Below, piece by piece: positions 25,230 to 35,824 of a stretch of 64,000 nucleotides of DNA. Source of the stretch: Penicillus capitatus (Eukaryota; Plantae; Chlorophyta); NCBI GenBank assembly GCA_965649825.1, contig OZ287694.1:2011292-2075291 (forward strand), written 5' to 3'. The notes beneath the pieces are model-generated. The model ran no database searches, had not been told where the DNA came from, and saw nothing but the letters and a program-made list of their open reading frames with translations. Each line of letters begins with the position of its first letter. Within the stretch, counting starts at the first letter, position 1. A program made the translations under genes and the position numbers.

Positions 25230-27112
25230 ATGGAGAATGACGGATCGGAAGGGGTAAACGCGTTATACCGTAGTTATGTATGTCCGTTGAGCGAACCGTC
25301 TCAGGTGGACGTGCTTTGGTCGACGCTGTCCGAAGCGGATGTCGAAGCTGTGACCAAACTGGAAACCCTCGTTCCTGGCACCATCTTTGCAGACAGGTCC
25401 GCCACTACATGAACCGAACGATGCGCTAATAGCGAGGCGCGCGGTGTTACGTTAGGTACCGCATCGTTGGCGGGAAGGGATGTCAGAAGATGCAATGGCG
25501 TCGCGCCATGGATGTGCAAACGTCCAAGCCTGTGTGGCTGAAGTTCTGCGTCGATGCTGCAGCGGAATGGAACAATGCCATCCACATGCACGAACTCCTG
25601 CATGAGAACAGACACATCTGCCGGTACACTGACCTCTGACAGCACGAACGAACATACGCCATTGCTGTGCCACCAGTCTGTTGGGCGTCATCCACGACGA
25701 CAGAGACGGATTTCCTCCCTTCTCGGTCTGCGAAGCTGGCGATTGCACACTGGCAGAGACAATAGCACCGGGGCGGCTGGATACAGATCAGCAGCGATCG
25801 ATTCTCCGCGCGGTACACCGTCTGCCACGCTTCGTCTTCTTAGCCATCTTTGCGTGTTAGATCGCCGTAGCGCTCGAGTCATTGCATCGCCAAGGGATCG
25901 TTCACGGAGATGTCAATCCAGCCAACGTCGTCTGGTTCTCCTCCGATGGCTGGAAGCTGACGAACCTGGAACGAGCGCGCCGTGCCGGCGAAGAAGCACC
26001 GCTGGACGACTGCTGCAACAAGTACGAGGCGCCAGAGATAATGCAAGCCTTAACGGAGGGCAGCAAGGTGATCCGTCGAACGCCTGCCCAGGATCTATGG
26101 TCCTTTGGACGCATCGCCTCGGAGATGTGCATCAGTAATGTCCTCCCTCTCCATTATGTCGCACAACACCGCCTGCTGTCTTTTCAGACGCCTCTGTCTT
26201 CGATGCCATCTCTCTGCAAGAAGGGATGCGTTCACAAGTGGCGGGAACCGCGCACAGAGGCGAAGCGTTTCAGAGATGGCGCAGTGGCCAACAAGAAGAA
26301 AGCGGTGTGCGTTTTATCGACAGTCTCCTCCGTGAGGACCCTAACGAAAGACAGACGTCGAGACAGATACTCGACGACGATTTTCTGCGTCCCGTCGCCG
26401 ACGACGGCTCAAGCGCGCATCCTTCTGAATCGGTGTGCTTTGCCGATCGGTGTCGAGTCCTTCAGCTAACGGCCTCTGTGCTGTGCAGCCGCAACGGAAC
26501 GACCGATATGCGAGGGAAGATGTTCATCAGTACCCTGCGCTTCCCTGGGGGCTGATTCTGAATATCGGCATGACGGCGAAGGCCTGTGTGGAGTGCTTCC
26601 TCAGATCGAGCGATCCTTCGCTGCCTTTCCATCAGAGACCCACGCAGGAGGCGCTGCGTTTCTTCGATGAGTATCTGCCGCGTTATCCTGTCCACATCCT
26701 CCGCCTCGAACACGACAACCTCCTGCGTTTTCACGTGACACTCAACAGACATCTGCCCTTCGTCGCTGAGAAAGCCCTCGTCTTCCGAGTGAAGCCGCCA
26801 GACGAAGATTTCGTCGAGCTGGAGATGACGGAGCACCGTCAGGGGCAAGGGATGGTGGCCATCGGGCATCTGGCCCCTTCGAAGTTCACCTCCAACAAGA
26901 TGCACGTTATCTCTCCTTACTTTGGCCTCGTGGACCGCAAGTACGTGAAGCTCACGGTGCATGTCAAGGTCCAGGTGAATGGCCCTTTTCGTCGGGAGGT
27001 GGATCTCTATCAGCTGATCTACGTCAAGATCGTCCACCCCCGCGCACGACTGATCCTTCACCGAATGCTGGGAATGTTTGAGAATCAAGATCAGCACGAT
27101 ATCAACGCCTAA
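25230..27112 (+). CDS. Protein kinase-fold (probable pseudokinase) fused to module B; about 6 exons
   Basis: Spliced reading DR|YRIVGGKG...PVWLKF...ICR|LLGVIH...ILRA|IAVALESLHRQGIVHGDVNPAN...WKLTNLE...YEAPE...DLWSFG...LLREDPNER. A phase-0 intron (26433-26488, with CTAAC branch point) leads into the module B exon. Confidence 0.85.
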
Positions 27113-28454
27113 ACACCACCGATCGTGCGATTCGCTGTTTTTTGTCAAATTGTGCTTCCTAGGGTATCTCCTGCTGCAAAAATGAAGGACCCCTCCTCCT
27201 TCAATGTTTTGCCAATGGTCTATATCTGGATAGTTCAGTTTTGTTTTGTTTTTCTGTCCCCCAGCAACGACGATGTACGAAAGCTGTTTACCGTTTGTCC
27301 AGAACGAAGCCAAGCGCCATCTGTGTTTATGCGTTCGGCTGAAGGGGCATGGTCCATGATGTGACAGAAGATTCCTGAGAGAATAATATGATGAACGTTC
27401 ACCCACCCTGGAGGCGCACTAGATTTGACCAACGTCGTTACTCTGGCTGATCTCAAGCTCTCTCTTCTGAGAACCACGCTGAAGCTATCTTGCGAACAAC
27501 GACGAACGTATGGTCAAATGCGCGACTGCTCGAATCGAGGACTCTTCCTCATGCGATAGATCTAAATGGATTTATCATCAGCATTTCTACGCGAGCTTAA
27601 CTACAACGCCTGTGTATTGTTATCTATCGATTGTCAATTTTTACATCTTGCTTGGAAAAAGGCCCGACCGCAATGTGCATTGGAAGCCGAGGAGGATGAT
27701 TACTAGTTTAAGAGTGAAAAGTATCTAAGCGCTTTGTAAGACATTTATGAACCAGGAATGATCTGCCTATTCTCTCTTTACCTGTAACAGTCGACACGAT
27801 GGCGGCAGTTTCGCAGAGGAGCGCCGAGGGAGAGTATCAACGAAATGCCGCATCGCCGCTGCACCGTCGAGGGCATCGGCGGACAGCCCGTCGTCTGTCA
27901 CAGGTCCTTCGTTGGGCGTCGACAGGCGTATCAAAACGCCATCTGCATTGCACAAAGCATTGCAGACAGCACAAAGACGTTAAACGCCGACACTTCGACC
28001 ATTCGCTCCGTGTCGCGTCTTCTTTTTCGTTGTGACCCGAGACACACTGTCCGTCGTTTTTGTCGCAGGGGACGAACGGACTTGGGTTGGGCCCGGGAGG
28101 GTGTAAGGGCGTCGTCGCTGGCTCGGAGAGTTCGGCGATCAAATTGCTTGCGAGTGGCAACACAGACGACGCAAACAGTGTTCAGTAACTTCGGCAGCAT
28201 TCTTAGCATCGAAGGCGCACATGGACTTTGTATTCGATTCGCTGCGAGAAGAGAAAGATGAAGCGATGAAGCAAACGTATAAACACGAAAGCTGTTGTTC
28301 GCGTTTAAGAATCAACGTGAGCGTCCCCTTTACAAAGGCACTTGCGGCGGATAACATTCTTGAGTCTTGATCTGACGCTGTTTCCAGCACGACAACGGTC
28401 GTGTGCAACAGAAGGCTCGCTGTCCGATTAAAATGAAACCGAAGCGACAGAACC

Positions 28455-29365
28455 GCCATCTGTTCTCTAAAAAACGCATCGTCGATCATCACAAAACCTT
28501 CTGGAGTGCACTTCATCGCAGCTGCAATCATCGATTCTCCGTTTCTCTAAATCTGAATCCATCTATCTACAACGATAAGTAATCATGGCTATAGAGAGAG
28601 AAGCATGATCCAGTGGATCGCCTTCCTGTTAAATCGGATGATCTGTGTGAAACGCATATCAAACCGCCGTCCAAGGTTCTCTGGAAAAGAGTGATGCCTT
28701 CTGCTTGTCTTGAGTAACGAGGAACGTCTCTCTGCATTCCTGTCGTCACTGCTGACATCTGCAGCTCCCTTTGTGTTCTTCGCCTAGAGGCATTTGCAGA
28801 CGCGTTTCTTCCAAAGGCGATGGATCCCATAAGGACTGGATGCTGTAATGCTTGCAACGTCGTCTTGGCGCCATTGCCTTGTCCTCGACTCGCCACAGCA
28901 CAATAATGGCAGAAGGCATTGCTGTGTACCCGATTCTTCTTCTCGTGAATCACGTGTGACGGGTTTGTGCTGTCTGACAGATTACTTCAAGGCACGAGGA
29001 ATCGCTCCTCCGCAAAACACGATCTCGGCTATAGTCCCTCCTTCAGTCTTGCAGAGTGTTTGCTCCCCGTAAGAGATTTGATCTCCAGGCAATGATGGAC
29101 TGTTTTCTGAAGTGGAAGCGCTGGTGATGACGTCATCATCTTCAATGCTGTAATCATCTAGCCACGTTGTTTGCTGTGAAGATGTGTGTACATTGAACAC
29201 CACACCCCAACACTCAACACTCTTCCCAGTCTCCTACATTTCTTGGATGCCTGATAATCCGAAAGATGTGGATCTCAACGATGTCTGCCGAATCCTTGTG
29301 CAATTTGCACACGCCATCCAGTGCTGCTCGGTATACATTATCGGTAGGCACTCGGTGAGAGCTGC
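28455..29365. repeat. Inverted duplication, right copy
   Basis: Reverse complement matches 23245-24105 (e.g. CAG(T/C)ACTGGA...GCAAATTG...AAGGATTC; ATGTAGGAGA(T/C)TGG). Confidence 0.85.
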
Positions 29366-30115
29366 TCGAAAAGAGCAGGGCAGAAGTGAGTAGAACAGCA
29401 TTCAGAACACTCTACGGTGATCTAGTGACCAGTCTCTTCTTTAATATTCGGAGGGGTATATCCAAGAGTGATCTGGTGGTGCTTGAACGCGTTGCTGACA
29501 GGGTACATTGCCTCCGTCACATCAAGGGCCGCCGCCACTTTTCATGCCGATCCCACGGGACGACTCGTGTTGTGCGTTTGTCCGCCAGTTCGCTGCCTCT
29601 GTATCGTCGAACACTTCGCGACACTGTCTATCTCTGTCCGACGCGCAACGTGCTGTGCCATAAGGTCTGAAGGACGAGGTTGAGACAAATCTTCGCTCTC
29701 TCTGCTGCCGAACGGTTAAAGGGGCTAAGTTTCTCCGAGCTCGTTCATGTCACGTTTTGCTGGCCGTTTTGTGTGTCCTTCGTGTAAGCATCTTGGATCG
29801 CCGAACGCCGTCTTCCGTTCCGCTGACGGTACACGGAATATGTCTCCGAGTCACCACTGAGGATCCTCCGTCGACGCAGCAACAGACAAAGCTTTCGATA
29901 GGAGAACTTTCAGTTGATGTGACGGAGACGGTCGAGAGCGCTGTATCAAACCACGTCGCCTGATGCGACACTCAGCATGTGAGCTGGATTACCATAACGC
30001 AAATACAGTCTAGCTTCTGCAGCCCGAGGCGGACGGCACGGCGACAGAGTTTCATTTGAAAACAGCCGCAGCGGAGACTGGAGCGCACTCGAGCGCCGGT
30101 TTTTATTTCTCCCAG

Positions 30116-31102
30116 ATGCCAGCCGTGAACGTTTTCTTATGCGACGGCGGGTCCGTTTCGGTGGAGTACAATGGGCGGACCACCGCGAAGGACGCCATGG
30201 ACTTGGTTGTCAACGCCATCGAGCTTCAGAACGCTGAGCACTTCTGGCTGTACAAGGAGGAGTCCACGCAATCGAACGCAAGAACGCCGGAGCCGCGGCC
30301 AGGCAACTATGTCGCACTGGAACCCAACCAACTGCTGAATGAAGTTCTGGGAATCGCCGACACCGAAACTGCCAACGTCGCTCTCCTGTTCAAGAAAACG
30401 GCGCTCCTCCCCGAAGATGCCGACCAGCAGGAACCGCTGCGCGCGCACTTATGCTACGCCCAGGCTCAGTTCGAATTCGTCCACGGGAAGCATCCGGTCG
30501 CAACGAACGAAGCCTCTCAGCTGCACGCCCTGCAGATTCTTATCGAGCAAGGTTCGGGACTTGACCATCAGAGCGTCGCATTCCCCGCCGAGCAAGAGTG
30601 GAGCCTCGTCGGAGAGGTAACGTCGCTCCCTCTACACAGATGCCTCCTGACGTGCTGCGTCTAGCGAAGGAGACAGCGTCCCGAAGGCGAATGGCGAAGC
30701 GACATCTACGCAGAGTTCGTCGCCCTCGGCGAACTTACGAAGCGCCAAGCGCAGCGTCGTTTTCTTCAGATCCTTCTCACGGAGCTGCCGTACAAGAAGT
30801 CCGCCTTCTTTTCGATTCGGCCTACCTTGCACGCCTATCGACTGCGGCCTTCCGATTCTGTCATTGGCATCAACGGACAGAGCATCCATTTCTTCACATC
30901 GTCTGAGGCATACGTGCGCTCAGAGGATCTGGAGACATACCTGCAGTCAAAGCATCTGGCGACATACTTGCACCATGAGAGTCCCGACGCGGATGGGGAG
31001 TTACTGGACGATTTCGGATCCATTTATTTCCAGATACACAGAAAGGCGAAGTTGCGCGTTCTGTATCACCAGACGCTAACGCCCCTCCATGATGAGCTCC
31101 AG
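30116..31102 (+). CDS. FERM-domain protein resembling the FERM region of plant/algal KCBP; gene ends unresolved
   Basis: VNVFLCDGGSVSVEYNGRTTAKDA...LLFKK...HLCYAQAQ...ASQLHALQI, a 48-nt intron (30617-30664), then EWRSDIYAEF...AQRRFLQILLTELPYKKSAFFSI...IGINGQSIHFF. This recalls the KCBP FERM pattern. The ATG at 30116 follows a splice-acceptor-like tract, so an upstream exon is possible. Confidence 0.75.
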
Positions 31103-32879
31103 GTAGGTGTGCAGGGGTGTAAGGCCAGAAAGAGAGACGCTCTTCGGCTCAAGAGACCTTTCTCCAGACGACAGCGGGGACTGCAAGTCAATCGGAGGGG
31201 ACCGCGTGCAACGGCGATTAACCTCAGGTTCCTGGAACAAAATGAGCTGTTGCAAATATTTGATCACTGGCTTGCCATCTGGCGGAGATTCGTTGTGCGT
31301 AAGAGACAGGACACCCTTCGCTCAGAGGAGAAGACAGCAGGCTGTCTTTTCAGTAAGGAAACGAATTCGGGCTTCATCGAATCAGAACCGAATCGGGAAG
31401 ATCGGGATGGGTGGAGAGATCGCAATCAGAAGCGTCTGAGGATGGTTTGGCACACGATAAGAGCGCGATGGTTTCTGGCATGTTCTCCTTCCACTCTGGT
31501 ACACCGTGACAACTCTGAGTTGAGGAACATCGCATACCTGCGGGTTAGACGGTCGTCGACGCTTGTTCTGGAAAGCTGAACCTGTTTGTGTGTCCAGAGA
31601 GCTATCGCGGAGGCTCCGATGATGGAACGAACTTAGATCTGTGATGAAAAGACAAGCCATGCCACAGATCATGATCAAAACGTTCGAATCGAGCGGAGCA
31701 GACGACTTAGATGCTGCGCTGATGTGACAGAGATCTTAACGAAACAAAAAGGCTCCGTGGAGGATTCGCTAGCCTCACCTATGATTACTTGGTTCCAGAA
31801 CGATGCGTCAAACCATGTCTATTATCTTACTTGCCTTACCACATCTGCTAACACGTTCAGTCGCGGCATTTCCGCCATTACCGTTGTTATACGGGTAAGC
31901 GAGCGATTCGTGATGAGCGAAAGTAAACACAAACGTTCGAGCTGGTTTTTACAGAATGCGGGTTTTGTGTTCGGAATCCCAACTTTATACTATTCTCAGC
32001 ATGACGTTATGGTGTCATCATGCTTCTTGTCATGATGTGACTTGTCCTTCTTCCTCTTGTCTTCTCCTTCCAACTTCAGGTCCACGACACCGTCAACATC
32101 ACTATCATCATTTGGCGTCATGGATGAGAAGGTGAGGGAAAGAATAGACGACGGACGTTGCAACGCGTTTAGGATTGAGATCGTGGCATTTCTGTCGAGA
32201 GCGATGTGAGACCTACCACAGACGAACGAGCGACTGCTCGACAGACAAAGTGTGATGATCTTGCATGCGATTCTCGCGTGCCTTCTGACGAGCGTACCGT
32301 CGAGACCAGAGTTCCGCCTTCTTTTTCAAAGATGGTCGGCGTATCCATCGTAGGAGGGAAGGTATCTCCGTCGTCTGCTGAGCTGTGACCGTTTCTAAGA
32401 GAGTTCGCTGACCATGTTTTTTCTTGCCATCATTTTTTACCATGGAAAAAGTATGTACGTACCTTTGTCGGCGAAACGACGTAGTCGCTTCCGTTTCTCA
32501 TCCACGTTGCGCTCTGTGGATGAAAACGATTCGGACGTGCCTGCAGCTACGGACCAATTTTCCTACTTAATCGGCATTTCCACAGGAAATACGTTACTTT
32601 CTTGACAGCGGGTTGTTATTGAAGTTCACGGATCTGTTCAAACAACGGCGTCGTAGTCTCTCGCCTTCTCCTCTGTTGCTACCGCGGCTAAGATCCTCAG
32701 CTCAAGATTCCGAACAATGCTCCAAAGCCGAATCGCGATCTTATGTCTGGTAAAACGACTTCGCTGAGAAATTCCTGCTATTCAACGTGCAGTTTTCCAG
32801 GCGGTGTGTTGCTTCCAGGGCGTTCTTCCGTTTCGTATAGGTGGCTTCTTAGGGTGAAACGAACACACATGCCAAAGTC

Positions 32880-33335
32880 GTGTATTTAGGCGCAGATGGA
32901 AGAAAAATGATAAGCGTGAAAGAGCATCTTGACGATGGGAGGTCCGTCAGGGAGGCGGAGATGACGCACCGTTCAATGCTGCTGACTAAGAAACTGTTAC
33001 ACGAGATGACAGCTGCCAACTCTCGTAACGAGGTCGAAGGATCTGTGAAGACGGACGAGGGTAAGAGCGTCTTCGAAACGGAGAAGCCAGCGCTCTTCGC
33101 AGCGTTCTTAGGTGAGAAGGATACCAATATGGTTGCGGTTGGACCTAAATTTCGTCGTCCACTTCAAAATGTCGCGCAAACGGGTTCCGAGCCAACTCCC
33201 AGTGCCGAAACGCCAAAATCGCCAAACCCATCTCCAGCTCCTCGGCCTAATAAAACGAAGAAGATTTCGATAGACCATTATGGAGAGTTCGGCACCACCC
33301 TACACAGAAGAAGAACCGATCTACTTCTTCCTTGA
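32880..33335 (+). CDS. Hypothetical ORF or terminal exon (Pro/Ser-rich C-terminus)
   Basis: 151-aa ORF with natural composition; no recognisable domain. Confidence 0.35.
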   Translation: MYLGADGRKMISVKEHLDDGRSVREAEMTHRSMLLTKKLLHEMTAANSRNEVEGSVKTDEGKSVFETEKPALFAAFLGEKDTNMVAVGPKFRRPLQNVAQTGSEPTPSAETPKSPNPSPAPRPNKTKKISIDHYGEFGTTLHRRRTDLLLP

Positions 33336-34290
33336 AAATGGTGGACTCAGTGTTCGGTAGAGAACAGAAGGAATTGGAAGGAAAGGACTGGTCCAGAAGC
33401 ACATCTGTTTATGTATGAGGGAACAAGGTGTCAGAAGGACTCGCTATGAACAAAGCTCGTATGTAATGAGGTCCAATTTGCGTTTGTGTTTTCGCGTTCT
33501 TTTGTCAGTGGAGGTAGAGCAAATCTCTAAATGTCAACGTCAGCTAGATAGCGACGTAAATAAATGTATTCAAATCACCAAGGGATTTCTGAAGTTTTCA
33601 GAATTCCTTCAGATGTCACATCTATTAGATTTTCTGATGTTCATTTAACGACATCGCGAGTGTGCACTGCGACGTCTCCAGTCAGCAGGCAACCGAATCG
33701 AACACGTAATAATGACGCTTAATGATCCGCGTTATTCGACACGGCAAACAACAGAATAGACAATGCAAACCATCCACAAGGGTAACGCCAGGATATAACA
33801 GCCAGGTTTCAATGGACCCAGTCTATCTACAGGACCGAAACGCGATAGGGCTAGTTAGTTGCCTCGGCCTCGTCCACGCACAGTCAATGCAGAGTTCGGT
33901 GGTACAGTGTGTTATGCTGCATGTGTTTAGCGCAGACCTTCAATTTCCTCTTGGTGCGCTGTAATTCTGGGCAGGGGGCATTTCGGATGTCATCTATTTT
34001 GCGAACACCGTTCGATGAGTACTCCGCCTGTCGTCTCTTCGCATTCAACAGAATGTTTGCGCCGGCCTTCGGGTATCTTTGATGACGGATGCTCACTCCA
34101 TACGTCGTCTCGTCTGCCGTAGCAGCATCCGTCGGCGCGTTCGATTACGGCGTTGAAAACGAGGGGTCGACTATTTAGAAGCAGCTTTGCGTGCACGGAT
34201 CGACACTTGTGCCCAAGAGCGCATCTCGTTCAACAGGTGTCCATTCTTGTCCTCGCGCAATTCATCCCCTTTAACAGAAGACTTTGAAGA

Positions 34291-35445
34291 ATGACGACGC
34301 GTGGCCGATTGCGCTGGCACTCTCCGTCGACCGTGGGTTCGCGTCGTCATGCATTGGGCAATGCAACACGCCGAGGGCGCCGCCACTCGACTGTCACAGC
34401 AAAGGCCTCCAGCGTTCATGCGCCGCACAAGCCAGCCTGGAAAAGGAGCGAGATCATGAAAGACCCCGTCGTCTGGACCAAGGCGACGGACGTCTGCCAA
34501 TCCGTCAGAATCTCCGACCAAATCGGCGAAGGACGCTTCGGCGTCGTGTTCCGCGGCATCGACGCCGAGACTGGAGAGAAGGTAGCAGTGAAGCAGATCC
34601 AAACGCGAGGCAACGGCATCTCGCCGTCCAGAGCGACACCGTTCAGAATCGCACTCGAGGCGGACATACACGAGGCCGTCAGCGACTGTCCGTCCGTCGC
34701 AGCGTTGAAAGCGCATTGGCGTTTCGACGACAAGGAGTGCCTCGTGACGGAGCTCGGCGAGGGCGGAGATCTGGCTGCGTACTCAAGACGCCGTGGACCG
34801 CTCCAAGAGAGTCAGGTAGCGGAGATCGCCAGGGAAGCGACGCGCATGATTCGAACGTGTCACGAGCGCGACATCCTCCACGGAGATATCAAAGCTGCGA
34901 ATTTCGTCATCCATTCCGAGACGGATGCCTCAAAACTGACGAACCGTCCGACGCAGCTGCAGTCTGGATGGCTCAAGGCTGTTGACTTTGGAGGCAGCCT
35001 GCGCATGGGTACGTCACATCACAGTGCTCTGGCGTGACGGCGCCGCCTTTCAGGAAAGGGAAGGTGCTCGCAGAGGGTGGGCACGCCGACGAACTGGCCG
35101 CCGGAGGTATTCGTTGCGCGTTTCGGATTGGCTGCTGACATGTGGGCCCTTGGCACGATGCTGTACGAGGTCGCGACGCGACGGATGCCTTACTTTACGC
35201 CAGACGAGCTGGCGACATTTCGAACAGAGAAGGACATTATCTTGAGAATCGTCACTCGCGACGTGGATTTTTCTTCGCCGTCTTGGGACAGCTACAGCGA
35301 CGACGCCAAGGACTTCATCCGCCGTTTGCTCATCCGCGAAGAGAATAGAAGAATGACGGCGGCGGAAGCCAGCGAACATCCTTTCTTGACTCGATGCGTC
35401 CATACCAAGAAAGGAAACTGGCCGACAGCTACGAGCGCCAGATAG
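34291..35445 (+). CDS. Ser/Thr protein kinase (CAMK/CDPK-like catalytic domain, no EF hands) with Arg/Ser/Thr/Ala-rich N-terminal extension
   Basis: GEGRFG, VAVK, HGDIKAAN, DFG, GTPTNWPPE, DMWALG and RRMTAAEASEHPFL motifs; a 45-nt intron (35009-35053) restores the frame. Confidence 0.92.
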
Positions 35446-35490
35446 TCATCGTCGCTGATTCGTCACTCCCCTCTCGCCTCAAACACTGTT

Positions 35491-35511
35491 CCGCCGCCGC
35501 CGCCGCCGCCG
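35491..35511 (+). repeat. (CCG)7 microsatellite
   Basis: Seen directly, just downstream of the kinase stop codon. Confidence 0.9.
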
Positions 35512-35824
35512 CGATCCTCCAACGAAAAGTGCGAAGCGTTAGCCGCCTCGTTTGACCAATTTGACGTGAGTGATGTAACGTTTCGTATCTGCACTTGGTG
35601 CTCTGCTCGCCGCCACAAGACGAAAGATGCAGCCGCCTGTTGCGTGAAGCAGCTGAACACGATGCGCCGCTCGTTCTTTCTCATGAAGATGCTAGAGTTA
35701 AAGGGCGGAATAATTTCAATGCATCGAGGGTTTGGTGTTGCGATTCCAAAGACATCGAGGAAAGGAATAACCGTCTAGTTTTTTCCTAGATGCATAGCGT
35801 GTGCGATAAAAGAAGGGTAAGCCC

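Noticed and set aside
29184-29670. NYN/PIN-like reading on the + strand (SWMPDNP...DRVHCLRHIKG)
   Set aside because: Much of it (to about 29365) is the antisense of the inverted duplicate of 23245-24105, and catalytic Asp motifs are missing.
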